DNA of 63,693 bases, counting the filler, from Reticulomyxa filosa (Eukaryota > Protista > Foraminifera), in the NCBI GenBank assembly GCA_000512085.1. It is 17 parts of 17 records of this genome, joined end to end, with 100 filler letters (N's around TTAATTAATTAA, not from the genome) between each part and the next. Parts side by side here need not be neighbours in the genome. Positions count along the whole stretch, not along the records: positions 1 to 2,924 come from ASPP01028656.1; positions 3,025 to 8,858 come from ASPP01005022.1; positions 8,959 to 10,102 come from ASPP01037783.1; positions 10,203 to 22,824 come from ASPP01005319.1; 13 more parts are not named here. One strand, 5' to 3'. The position numbers and the translations under genes are program-made. Under the pieces are notes generated by a model. That model had not been told where the DNA came from. It was given only the letters and a program-made list of their open reading frames with translations, and searched no databases. Of the stretch, positions 1 to 11,815 are shown piece by piece; within the stretch, counting starts at the first letter, position 1, and every line of letters starts with the position of its first letter.

Positions 1-82
1 TATATATATATGTATATATTATATTATGTATATGTATAACATATACATAATATAATATATATATATTTTTTTTTTACGAAAC

Positions 83-512
83 CGTTGATTTTCACAAACT
101 CCCGAAATTTCTTGTTACTTTTTTTCAACTCCTCCACTTTGTCGTTCCTTTCCTTGGTTTTCACAATATAGTCGGTATACACTTTAAGGTAGGGTATAAA
201 GTCTTGCATCGTCTTACCCAAACCTTCTTTCAACTCTTGTCTCCCTTTCATTCGCAGGCCCAATAAGTCACTATACAGTTTGCTGTTGGCCACATATAAC
301 GTCTCTATGTTCCCGAATATTGACACTATATCCTTTTGCTCAATGATCGCTCGCTTCAACTTTATATGCACGTTCAACCGTGTGTAAAACACTTCAAACA
401 GCTTACGCAAACTATCCTCCACATAATCACGCTCTGATGACAAAAAACCCTCAACCGCATCCAACGTCCCTTGCAAGTCTTTTTCTTCCTCTTTTGTTGG
501 GTTTTCCGTCAT
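83..512 (-). CDS. RhoGEF (Dbl-homology domain) protein, first exon; 3' part outside the window
   Basis: DH motifs E.L.SERDYV, IFGNIETLY..NSKLYSDL, G..MQDFIPYLKVYTDY and KFREFV. ATG at 512, likely GT donor at about 82 followed by an A/TA-rich intron. Confidence 0.8.
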
Positions 513-2705
513 GTTTATTAGTATTATTATCAAAATTTATTGGCCCTTTTTTCCTTCGTAGAGAAACGTACGGTCTTGTTTACATTTAAACATACAATTT
601 GTTTAAAAGCAATCATATTGAATTTTGTGACTATCATTCTATTTAAAAAGAATAAACATTCAGAAATATTTTTGAAGAAATATTTAAAAAGAAAAAAGAA
701 TTTTACAAAATTGAAATTTAATTTATGATATATTTTGAATAATCAAACAATCCAAAGTAAATATTAGTTCTGCACCAGAGTGTAAGATGAAGCTCAGGTA
801 CAGAAGTTGTAAGTGTAATACAACAGATGCTTTTATTGAAAGCAGCTTCCAATAAAACAAAAATGAGTTAAATAAAGAACAAGAAAAGAAATGGCCATTT
901 TGCCAGAATGGATTTACATCAATTGGCTTCTCCATTGTAGAAAACTATTTGCGTTTAAAAATAAAAAAGAATAAAAATATTTTGAAAGTACCAAGTAAGG
1001 CAAAAACACAGTCCAAAAATTATCCATGTTTTCCTTTGTTGGATTCCAAGTGCAATGGAATTTTTCATTCAAACCATCAAAAAACTGAATATCATTGTTG
1101 TCGATATCCCAGTTCCACACATTTTTTTTGTTTTGTTTTGCTGTGTATAAACAACAAATTGATCTTACGACTTATCAATGGATTTAATTTTGCCTTTTCC
1201 TTGCAAATCCACCAAGGCTTAATATGTCATAATAAAAATTAAAATAGCTCAATTCGCTGACTTTCAGATTGTTGTTTAAAGCAGAAATTATTGTATTAAA
1301 TCTATCTTCTCGACCTACTTTTTTGGTATTTTTTATCATCAACTTATTTTTCAATTTTTAAATATGCTCAGTGTAAGGATCGAATTGCTACTTTAAGATA
1401 CAAAAGTGTAATACGAAAATGTTGCTCTCTTGAAAGCTTTTTTAGCAAGGAAAATGCGAATGATAAAAATAACAAAGAAAGAGTATAAATAAGTAGATTT
1501 AAGAGAAAAGGTTAAAGACTTGTCCTACCTAGTGAAATTTCAATAATTTATCTGTGATAAAGTGTTAATACAAATTTTGCTTGATACGTAGCAATTGATT
1601 TCTTTGAGAAATTAATTTGAATTTGATCATCCAATTTTATGGAAGATAAATTGCTAACTGATAATTGATCTTCAGTTTTGAGAAATACATTTAAAGTTAA
1701 TCAAACTATAAAAAAAGAAATGTTTTTGTTTCAGGTTATTATTTTTATTGCATGTAATGAAATTTTTTCTTTTTCAGTTACTGAAAATTGTTGTAATGAA
1801 AAAATGCTACACTCTTTTTTGTCCTCATTTTCTCTTGTGTTTTGTTGTGGTTATACTTTTTACTTATTTTTACAAGTAATCTTTGAAGTTTTAGTTAGCA
1901 TGCACTCGCTTATCGACTTGTATACTGCTTCACACTACCAAAAGGTAGAACGAGTACAAGAAGTGCTGTTGTCTACAAGTCAAAAAAAAACGTCTCCTTC
2001 CCTAAACAGTACTGATCGTAAAAAGTTTCCCTTCTGCCAATACTCAAAGTTAACCACAGTCGGTTTAATTAAGAAGAGATGCTGTAGAATTTCAAGATAC
2101 ACTTTGAAAAGTGGCAAAACAAAAAGAAGGAGATAAGAAAAAATATCCAATATTTCCTTGCAGGAAACACTGCGAACACAACATTGAATCACAGTGTTGT
2201 ATTATGGCTAGACGAAGTTGGCAGTCCTCATCGGCCTTTGAAAACACTGTATAACTTATTGGAAGATGGCAATCCGAAAATTGCTTTTTTTTTTTTTTGG
2301 ATTAAGTAATTGGAAATTGGATGCAGTAAAGATGAATCGCAAAACATTATGCTTATCACTGAGTCTCCAGTAATGTGGAAAATCTTATTTGACAGGTCAT
2401 TTTTGGTAGCAAGTTCCCTTGGGGATATCCATTCCACTCTTTGTAAAAAAAAAGAATGTAATTGAAGATTTAAAATCGATTACAGATTGGAGAATTGATG
2501 ACTAAATAGGTTAGTGGACAACTTTTTCGAAAAGATTGTATGTTATGGGAAAAAATTAACAAATAGACATCACATAGCAAGAAGCAACTGAGACACCTTT
2601 TGTTAAATGTTTTTTTTTTTAAAAAGACGTACACACCGCAACATAAGAAGGGTCTTTCTTTTTAAAATTGAAACGAAAAAAAAAAACTACGATAGCATAT
2701 GAGAC

Positions 2706-2924
2706 ATGCAACGTGACGTAACAATCTTTGAAGCCGAGGCAACGTTATTTGAGCTCGAGAATCGAGACTGGCAAGTGCGAGGAACAGGCTTGATGACGTT
2801 TATCTTTTCGCCCGATACATATTCGCTGGCACTAAAAAACGGGGCGGGCACGAAGAAGGAGTTTAGTTACCGATTGAAGCCCCCGCATACGTAGCAAAGG
2901 TCCACGAGCATACGTGATCCGAGC
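2706..2924 (+). CDS. RanBD/EVH1-like (PH-fold) domain protein, partial, with a 1-nt frameshift in a C5 run at 2880-2884
   Basis: IFEAEATLFELENRDWQVRGTGLM resembles RanBD 'LF......W.ERG.G'. Removing one C continues the frame as LKPRIRSKGPRAYVIRA to the contig end. Confidence 0.55.
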
Positions 2925-3024
2925 NNNNNNNNNNNNNNNNNNNNNNNNNNNNNNNNNNNNNNNNNNNNTTAATTAATTAANNNNNNNNNNNNNNNNNNNN
3001 NNNNNNNNNNNNNNNNNNNNNNNN
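2925..3024. other. Artificial contig spacer N44-TTAATTAATTAA-N44 (first of 16; others start at 8859, 10103, 22825, 24528, 26889, 29523, 32994, 34257, 39108, 40899, 42311, 45257, 54948, 60807, 62588)
   Basis: Identical 100-nt block repeated 16 times. The 12-mer gives stops in all six frames, and composition and ORFs change abruptly across each block. Confidence 0.99.
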
Positions 3025-3850
3025 ATGCGATTGATGGAACTCGTGCAACTTTTTGTATCTCACCGTCGCCATCATCCATTTCAAATACACCACGTCAGAG
3101 AGGTCTCTGTTGAAGAAGATGCATGTGCATCTGCATTTGCATGTGTTGCTGCTGTGGAAGAATGATCCTCATTGATATACTGCAACTTCACATGACATAG
3201 AAAGGATTTGGCTCGGCGTTGATGACAGTAATTTTGCAACTGTGCGCCAGCTTCTTCCATTGCCCCGCGAATTATGCAAATGTCTTGCTTGCTGTTTTTT
3301 TATGTCATGCACTTTATCGACCCAAACGGTAGAATCGAATCGCCTACTCAGCAATTCATTTGTGCTTTCGTGTTTTTTGATTGCTTTTCGTCATTTATTG
3401 CTGTTGCTGTTTTATGTTGCACTTTGTCTTGGATTTCATTTTCTTTTTTCAACTTAGCTTGTCCTTCTTGTTGGCTTCATCGACTACATTTTTTTGCTGA
3501 CTCGTCAGTCTTCTCTTTCAACAGCGATTGCTTCCTTCCGATTATTCTATTGGATAATGTTTGCCCGTTTGCCTTTTCTTTTGAAAAAAAGGAAACGAAT
3601 GAGTGGCATTGGTCCTCGTCGCTGTTGTCTTTCTTTTGTTGTTGCTGTTGCTGATGATGATGGGCTCTTTGTTTTCTTGACTTTTTTCCTTTTTGACTTA
3701 GCACATTACAGCTGACGGAACATTTTCAAATGATATGCAAAACTGTGGTCAGTTTGACGGCGCAAACGAGTCGTTCATAAGCACACCAATTTGCAGATAC
3801 ATGCTACCTTCCTTGCTTGACTTGTTCGTTCACGTAAATTATGTCCACTT
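3025..3850 (-). pseudogene. Decayed low-complexity protein-coding sequence (Q/K/H-rich)
   Basis: Coding-like stretches (HHHQQQQQQKK..., SQQEGQAKLKKENEIQDK...) broken by an in-frame TGA at 3477 and by frame changes. No family recognised. Confidence 0.3.
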
Positions 3851-5077
3851 CTATATATAAACATATGTATGCATATTATATATTTACGTCATACCACTTT
3901 GTAGCAAATTTATAAATTTAACCAACGACTGCACGATGATAATAATACATATATGTAAGAATTGATTATTTACTGTAGCCTTGGGATTTGCAATACCACA
4001 CATGTTGTCATAGCCACAATTTTTAGTGCGCTAACTGTAAACATTGAAGGACTTCAGATTGTCACTGTTGATACTTCGATAGTGTATCGCTGAAAAGTGA
4101 CTTCTGTTGGCTATAAAATCTTTCTATTTTTATCTTCTTATCTTTGACACTTGCTGTCCATCTGCAATAAGTTTTCATCATTCACAAGTGTTGGCGAATA
4201 GTAATTTTGCTCCACACCAATGTCAATTCAATAGTTCTTGTTTGATCATTTATAACAATGAAAGCGTGCCTGTTAAAAATAAGTCTAATCATTCTTATGA
4301 CTCATATACTGGACTGCAATTGGTCAGGTAGTTAGGTAGTCAACACAAGAACAAATGTTTTGTAAAAATCAATTCAAGATTTTTATAGTATAAAATTTAT
4401 TTTTAACAAAGATATATGTATTCATACATTGAACTGCAAATGTCTTGAAATCCACTCATAATTTGATCTAACATGTTTCTTCCTTTCGCCGCGGTTTCAT
4501 TACTATAATGTTATAAGTATGTTTTCATATTTTTTTAAAAAAACACATAAAAATAAACTTAACTCAACACAAATAAAATAAAAATTTAAATAATCATTTT
4601 TTTTTTTTCTCTTATTCTTTTTTCTACTTATCATTTTTTTTTCTTTTCTTTATTTATTTCTTTTTCAACTTAATAAAAATTTTTATCTTTACATTTTCTT
4701 TTTATCCTTTTTTTTCCATAAAAAATTTTCTTCATTTTTATACGTTTTTTTTATATCTTTTTTTTCCCATTATTATTCTATTTTTTTTCTTATTACACCT
4801 TTTTCCCCCTTCCCCCCCACCACCACCAATTGCCCCTTAATTTTTTTTAAATTATTAAATTCTTTCTGGGACACTGGACGACATCTATATACATATTCAA
4901 AAAATTATCTTTTAATTTTTCAAAGACAAATAAAAATAAATACATAACTATACTGTGGAGCTCGGTCTCCAATACTAATTTCTTTTTTCTTTTAAAAAAA
5001 CACTCAAATTTTTTTTTTGTTTGAGGTAGGGACAAAAAAAAGATAACATAAAAAATAAAATAAATATATTTCTATTT

Positions 5078-5760
5078 GGGGGAATTCCTATTTTACACAC
5101 ACAATCAGTCACATTATATAACAAAAGAAAAACAAACACATAAATATTCAAACCTTATTTTCTTTTTTTGGACGCCGGTTTAGAGTTCAACCCCTATCAA
5201 TCTTTTTTGGCTTGTATGTGGAGGGGAACTGTTAATTGGTTGGCAAATCTTGTGTACGGAGGAATTCCTGTATTTCAAATACACAACAAGTTAATATATT
5301 TGTTTTTTAAAAAAAAGACAAACAAACCAATTGTTCTCCTTTCGGAGACGGAGTGGCTTTCTACTCCTCATCTTCTTTTTTTCTTTTGTCACTGCATTTC
5401 AATGCTAAAAAATTCACACAAACATCTTTTTTTTTTGAACAATACAAAAAATAAATATACTTAGTTAAAAAACTTTTTACTTTTATCTTGTGGACGTTGC
5501 CATTACAATTACAATCCACCACTCGCAAACACAACTCCACCTTGTAGTCATTTCCATTATCGTCATGATCGTTGGATTGTCAAGTTGTGCATGTCACAAA
5601 TACACAGTTCTATTTTTTTTTTCATAATATACACTACATATAATGTACATTAACATCATAATGTCACATTGTTTTTTTGAAAGTGGTTTTATTAAAAAAA
5701 GTATTTATATATAATTGTTTTTTATTTATATATCTTCCAACAATAGATAACGTATATTTA
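5078..5760. repeat. Dispersed palindrome-rich element, copy 1 (two ~180-bp subunits; hairpins at 5335-5348 and 5350-5367)
   Basis: Collinear blocks shared with 33312-33720: GGGGAATTCC, TAGAGTTCAACCCC, ACACAACAAGTTA, CAAACC, TCTCCTTTCGGAGACGG, ATCATAATGTCACATT and ATAACGTATAT. Confidence 0.85.
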
Positions 5761-6829
5761 AAAATCATTTACATTTGTGTGGTTATGCGCCGTGGATATT
5801 CAATTCGGCGACTTGTTGTGTTGCAGACAGCATTATAGCAAAATTTGTTTGATGTGGTTGCTGTCTTTGTGGTAGTAGTAAGTGGTGGTTAGAGTTGATG
5901 CAGTAGTGGTTGCAGCAGTTGCTGTGTATGATATTGGGGCATAGTGTGAAGTGTCATTGATAAGACACAGCCCCCCAAGACATCAGTTATTGACAATACG
6001 TAACAATGCGTCAATTTGCTATTTTTTTTCTTAGGACTTTCAACCCAGCGCCAACGATGCGTTGATTGATTTGGCGGACGTTTTTGTAAATTGCCGCTCG
6101 AGATATCATCCAGTACAAAATCGAGCATGCGAGATGTTTCTTTGCCTCAATGCTTCAATCTTTTTGGTGGTAAATCTTGCGGCCATTTCAAACAACGTGC
6201 ATGCCTCATCATGTATTGTCTGTTGTTTGTTTTAGATATTTTTTTTTTTTGTCTGGTATGTGTGAACAGTGTCTTCATTCATAATTGCATACATATTGCA
6301 AGCACTACTCACTTTCACAAAAAAAATTTATCTGTTCTCACTTCACTAAAGAAAAAGTGTGTTGTGTAATACGAGTAAACAGACGTCACTTACCTCTTAC
6401 AAAAATCTTGGAAAATGCCACAGCAACGACCACTTCTCACAACGTGCATCCCATCAATCCAAACAGAGAGCTTTGAGTGTTCCGACGTCAAAAAGGTTAC
6501 TTTTCTTATTTCTTAAAAAAAACTTCGCAATTACAAAAATTGAATAAATTTGAATTGAATTTCAAAATTGGATTGTACAAACAGTTTTGAAATGCAAAAT
6601 TATTTAAAAAAAAGATTATTTTGACATACTTTTTTTCTTTGATACAAAGGGAAAAGGAAAAAAAGAAAGTCTAGTTCTTTTATATATATTTCTGCTAAAC
6701 AAATGGCCTGTTCAAACAGTACTTTGAGCGTTCCTTGGTTCCTGACAAGCGTAGTTGTGTTGATTTCAGGCTTGTGTTGTACTTATTTTCCGAACAGACG
6801 TTGTCGAAAGCTGACGCTTTGGAAAGGAA

Positions 6830-7110
6830 GACAAGATAGCGCTTCATGGGAATATCTGGACAAAAGGGCATATTTTTGAGACGAAGCAAGATGGTATTTG
6901 ACAAACACACAAGCATAATGTATCAACAAGTGAATAGGTTATTGCAAGCGTACATAGCCAAGTCTTGGGAATATCAATTAAAGGAAATACAAGTAATGAG
7001 AATAATTGTGGTATCAATTATTGTGTGGAATATACAAGAAGTCTCCAGGATACAGCAGCACATTCATATAAGGGATTTGCTAGGCAGATGTTCTTCAGGG
7101 TTGAAGTTGT
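6830..7110 (+). mobile_element. Possible decayed non-LTR retrotransposon reverse-transcriptase C-terminal fragment
   Basis: YQQVNRLLQAYI..SW...LKEIQVMRIIV weakly resembles the LINE 'LY...IRP.LEY...VW...LE.IQ..AMR.I.G' segment. It lies about 1 kb from the repeat element. Confidence 0.25.
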
Positions 7111-9048
7111 GATCCTCATTGCCATGAATCTGGCGGAATCCTGCAACTTACTTTCGGCTTTTACCACATCCGATCACAAAGTGCTTCAATTCGAATTTAT
7201 ATTAAAACAAGACAGTCATTATACTTTGAATATTTTTTTAAAACAAAAGAAAAGGTTGGAAAGTTATGATTTCATAAATGTAATAGATTGGATCATATAT
7301 GTGCTCATTAATTGATTGTAAAATTAAGTTTTGTATTTTGAGCAAAAAATAAAAAATTTGGAAACTGAGACATCGAGACTGACTATTGACATGCTGGTGA
7401 TATACACGTTGCTTGAAAAAAGTTTGGGAAGAGAAAGCAAATGTGGTTTTGATGGCACCCAATGACAGAACAGTGCCACTATTTCGAAGGAGTGTCAACA
7501 ATCAATTGATTTGCACTCCAACAAACAAAGTGATCCACTCGTCCAAGGAGAAAATCTCAACTACAAAAAGACATTTACTATTGTTCAGAGATTCATGAAA
7601 CAATATAGTGTTGATGTCGTTGATATTAATTTTTTATTTTTATTTTTGCTTTAAAGTGATAACTTAATTTTAAAAAAAACGACCTAAAACAAGTGCACTG
7701 TCTTTTTCAAACATACATTTATCTTTTTCCTCAAAAAATAATTGAAATGTTCAATAGTCTCCTTTTTAAATTAGATCTTAACAAAAAAAAGATTTTTCTT
7801 AGAAAGAGATTGCTGAAGATGATTGAAAAGAGCGTCATCAAAATTTTCAAATGAACAAAAGTGAGACGCAATAACAAAATTACAAAAAATGATAAAAGAA
7901 TTACAAACAAAAAGAGACACCATAAATGAAAATAAATGAACAAAAAAAGCAATCATCCTTTTTTATTATTTGGGAAAGGTAAGTAGACTTGAAAAGATGG
8001 TATAAAACGTATATCTATGATTCTTTATAATCACCACTGTTCATAACATCATGTCTTTATTTTTCATTTGTAATTCTATTATTTGCTCTACAATCGACTT
8101 CACTGCTTGTATCATTAACATGTTCTAGTTCATGTATCTTTAGATAGAAGAAAACAACAACAGCAAATTAATTCAATTACTAAAACAAAAATAATAAATG
8201 TTTTTTGATAGCACACAAACAAACAAATGTTTATTTAAAAAAGCGTTTTTGAAAATGAAGACAAAACAGTTGCTTGCAATTGCACATAATATTTTGTTTC
8301 AAAGGCATCTGAATTAATTAAATGTCAAATGAGATAATCCAATCATTTCCTACTAATAATCACAGTCCTCTTGTATCGGAAATATTCCAATCACAAATAT
8401 ACCACAATTTTGGTATTTTCCATCAATCAAAACGGAGGTTATATTAATTTGCATCAGTATATGTGTGACATTGGGAATCACATACAACATACTCGACACG
8501 AATATTCAGTCAGCCGGATATTTATGCAAATTTTGCATATTAATTGCTGGAATAATTTTGGAAGTGAAAGCAGTGTGCTTTTGCAATCACAAATAACATT
8601 CTATTATTATTTGTGTTTCATTTCCATGTACAGTTTTTGAAACGCATATCAATACTTCCAACGTAATTTATTATGCCAATTGTTTTCATTTGTCTTTATC
8701 TATGTGAATTTAGACACGCCTTGCTTTTCACCATAATTTCACATTCCCCGCATCAATACGTCGTCCTCCTTCATATAATCCATTCACATTGTTTGTGATT
8801 ATATAAAAACACATGCATGCGCAAGAGAAGAATATGCAATCTCTTTATTATTTCCTCCNNNNNNNNNNNNNNNNNNNNNNNNNNNNNNNNNNNNNNNNNN
8901 NNTTAATTAATTAANNNNNNNNNNNNNNNNNNNNNNNNNNNNNNNNNNNNNNNNNNNNTTTTTTTTTTTTGCGATACTCGGATATGCGCATATATATACG
9001 TATATCATTATATTAGGAGGAAAAAAAAAAAAAAAAAAAATTGTGAAT

Positions 9049-9431
9049 TTACAACAAACTGATTTGTTTGTGTTTTTTAATTTCAATAGCGTTGACATAT
9101 TCAACGTAAGGGATCCAATGCGGCTTCCAGCAATTGTGATCTTTTTCAAAGTCCCTGCGACTGTTCGACCCTTGGTCTTCTCTCTTCTGATGCGAAAAGT
9201 ACTGGTCGTGTTCCTCTTTGGTCGCCAGCCACGTCAAGTAGTAATGGAACTTGGCGCGGAATTGTTCCTTCGTGGTGTCGATATCACTCACACGTTTGAT
9301 TTTCATATCAATGAATACAACACGACGAGAATTTTTTAGTTTCAATTTTGTTTCCTTTTTTTTTTTATTAGTTTGAAAACAACAACATAAAAATAAATAA
9401 ATAAATCTATATACATATATGTATATATGTA

Positions 9432-9470
<39 letters not shown>

Positions 9471-10048
9471 GTATATAATGTTTCTTCAATCCTCCTCCAA
9501 TTTACTTGTTTTCTCCAATTTTTGTTTTGTTTTGTTTTGTTTGTTTAAGTGGATATTAACAAACCGTGGGAGACTCCTGGTTACTCATGTTGGTATCTTG
9601 ACGTGAATGTAGACTCTGAGCATTGCTTACAATGTCCAGTGACAACTGCGTCTTCACGGCGCTTGTGTCATCTTGTCGGACTTGCAAGTTCAGCTCGTGG
9701 ATGGACCCGTACACTGGACTGTCTCTCATGCCTTTCTGTGTTGATCTGTCGTCTTCCGTCTCTTTGCATTCTATCTTCTCCTCTTCCTTGTCCGGTGGTA
9801 ACTCAACTATCTTATTATCGCCATTGATGTTGCTATTCATGTCGCTCTTCTTATTCTTATTCTTATTCTGGTTTTTCTTTAGCATGTCTTCCACCGTTAT
9901 ACGCTTCGATCTTGACCGACAAAATATCTCGCCCATTATTTCCTCCTGGTCATGGTGATATCTTTCTGTGCGCTCTGGCCATTGTTTTCGCACCTCTTCT
10001 AGGCAACGCAAATAGTTCTCCTCGTCTTCTGACGCTTCAGAGCGCGAA
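9049..10048 (-). CDS. Pentameric ligand-gated ion channel-like protein (extracellular domain start), multi-exon, truncated at both contig ends
   Basis: VFIDMKIKRVSDIDTTKEQFRAKFHYYLTW...WKPHWIPYVEYVN matches the pLGIC 'I..IDT..E.F.A.F.....W' and 'W.P.....N' pattern. A low-complexity exon (about 9560-10048) lies upstream. Confidence 0.65.
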
Positions 10049-10202
10049 CTTTTTTTTTTTTTTTTTTTTTTTTTGTGCGTATGACTTCCTTATTATTATT
10101 AANNNNNNNNNNNNNNNNNNNNNNNNNNNNNNNNNNNNNNNNNNNNTTAATTAATTAANNNNNNNNNNNNNNNNNNNNNNNNNNNNNNNNNNNNNNNNNN
10201 NN

Positions 10203-11326
10203 CATCATTGCATCCTGATATTATCACATTTAATACAATGATTAAAGGATGTTCAAACAGATGTGATATCAAACAGGCATTACTTTATTTTAATTTGATG
10301 ATTGACAAATATCATATCAATCCAAATTTAATTACTTGTATCTCATTGTTATCTGTTTGTGGTAATGCACGTGATATGAAAAGTGCAGAATTGATTTGGG
10401 ATACAATAAAAAATGATTCCAGTATTCGAATTGATGAAATTGCAATCACTTCAATGTTGAATGTATATTCTAAATGTGGTGAAATAACAAAGATGATGGA
10501 AATATTGGATTATTCTCAAAGATTTGAACAATTTATTCCAATTAATGAAATATCATGCACAACAATCATGTCAGGATTTTTAAGAACAAATAAAATTAAA
10601 GAAATGTTTGATTTTTATGATCAACAAATACCTAAATTATCATTGAATAATAAAATTAATTTGAAATGTGAAAAATTGATATCATTAAAAAGTGTAGGAC
10701 ATTTGAAAATGATGAAAATGTTGAATGAAAATGAAGAAGAAAAATTATCATTTCATCATCAACAATTTTTAAATATTTTTCAAAATGAATTATATCCAAA
10801 TATTCAATCTAAACCTATCGCTATTTCATTTCGACATATGGATTATTTAATTGAATCTTATGTATTATTTCATAAAAAATCATGGATGGAAGCAGTGCAA
10901 GATGTTGAAAGAATATTATTTCAAGAACCAAATTTTAAATATGATTTTAGTTTTTGGGATACTGATGCACGTAATAAAAATCAACTTGTGTTGAATTTTG
11001 TGTTGATGTCACCAATAACTGCATGTTTTCTATTACGTTATTTGATGACATTCCAAAGAGATGAATTAAAGGAAAAATTCAAAAATAGTCCAATTAAAAT
11101 TGTTGGAGGGAAATCACAATATTCAAAAATCACAAGAATTGGTGATTGGAGAGGAGATTATGATTCTCCACATAAGAGAATAATTGAAAATGAATTAAAG
11201 AAATGGAAAGTACCAATTCGATTAGAACAAGATAAAACAAATCCAGCAATATGGTGTTTAAATGGAGCGGATGTGTTGTTATTTTTTCAAGCTGTGCCTC
11301 CAGGTCAGGACTGTCTAAAAATGTAG
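10203..11326 (+). CDS. Pentatricopeptide-repeat protein with a C-terminal Smr-like domain, 5'-truncated
   Basis: PPR motifs PDIITFNTMIKGC, PNLITCISLLSVC, DEIAITSMLNVYSKCG and NEISCTTIMSGF. Intronless and AT-rich, paralogous to 39208-39921. Confidence 0.9.
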
Positions 11327-11815
11327 TATTTTGTATTTAGTGAACTAACAATAACGCAAAATTTTGGTGGCTGTTTTTTTCTTTTAATGTTTTACTCAGA
11401 ATGGGGATGTATAAGCATTTATAAAAATAATTTTTAGTAGAAAGATTGTTTAAAGTTAGCTTGGAATCTGAATTGGACTTCAGCAATAGTAATTTTCCCT
11501 ACCTCCAAAAAATTTGCAATGGCAACTTCTCAATATTTTTTAATTGCCAAATTTTTAGTTAAATTTTAAGCGTCCGCTCCTATGCCATTCAACACAAAAA
11601 AATAAAATTCCATGACGGCATGTTTTATTTTGCGCCAGAAAACAAAGAGAAAAACGTTTTCCACATTCACATTATTCTTGTTTGTTTTATTCGAGAGCAA
11701 GTTTGAGATATCGACAAATCTGCAACTGTCGAAATCCGTTCTTGAGGCCCTCTTTGCTCCCAAATATAAGCCTGGATTAAGCACAACTTGAGCAATGCCG
11801 TCAACCGACTGTTTT

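Noticed and set aside
723-1120. Aldo-keto reductase C-terminus (WNWDIDNNDIQFFDGLNEKFHCTWNPT)
   Set aside because: Only a short resemblance, and no upstream AKR exons could be read; too weak to call.
5335-5380. Hammerhead ribozyme on the minus strand (GATGA-stem-...GAAA)
   Set aside because: The CUGANGA core is incomplete (AGATGA here, AGATAA in copy 2), and GAAA does not directly follow stem II but sits in a separate hairpin loop.
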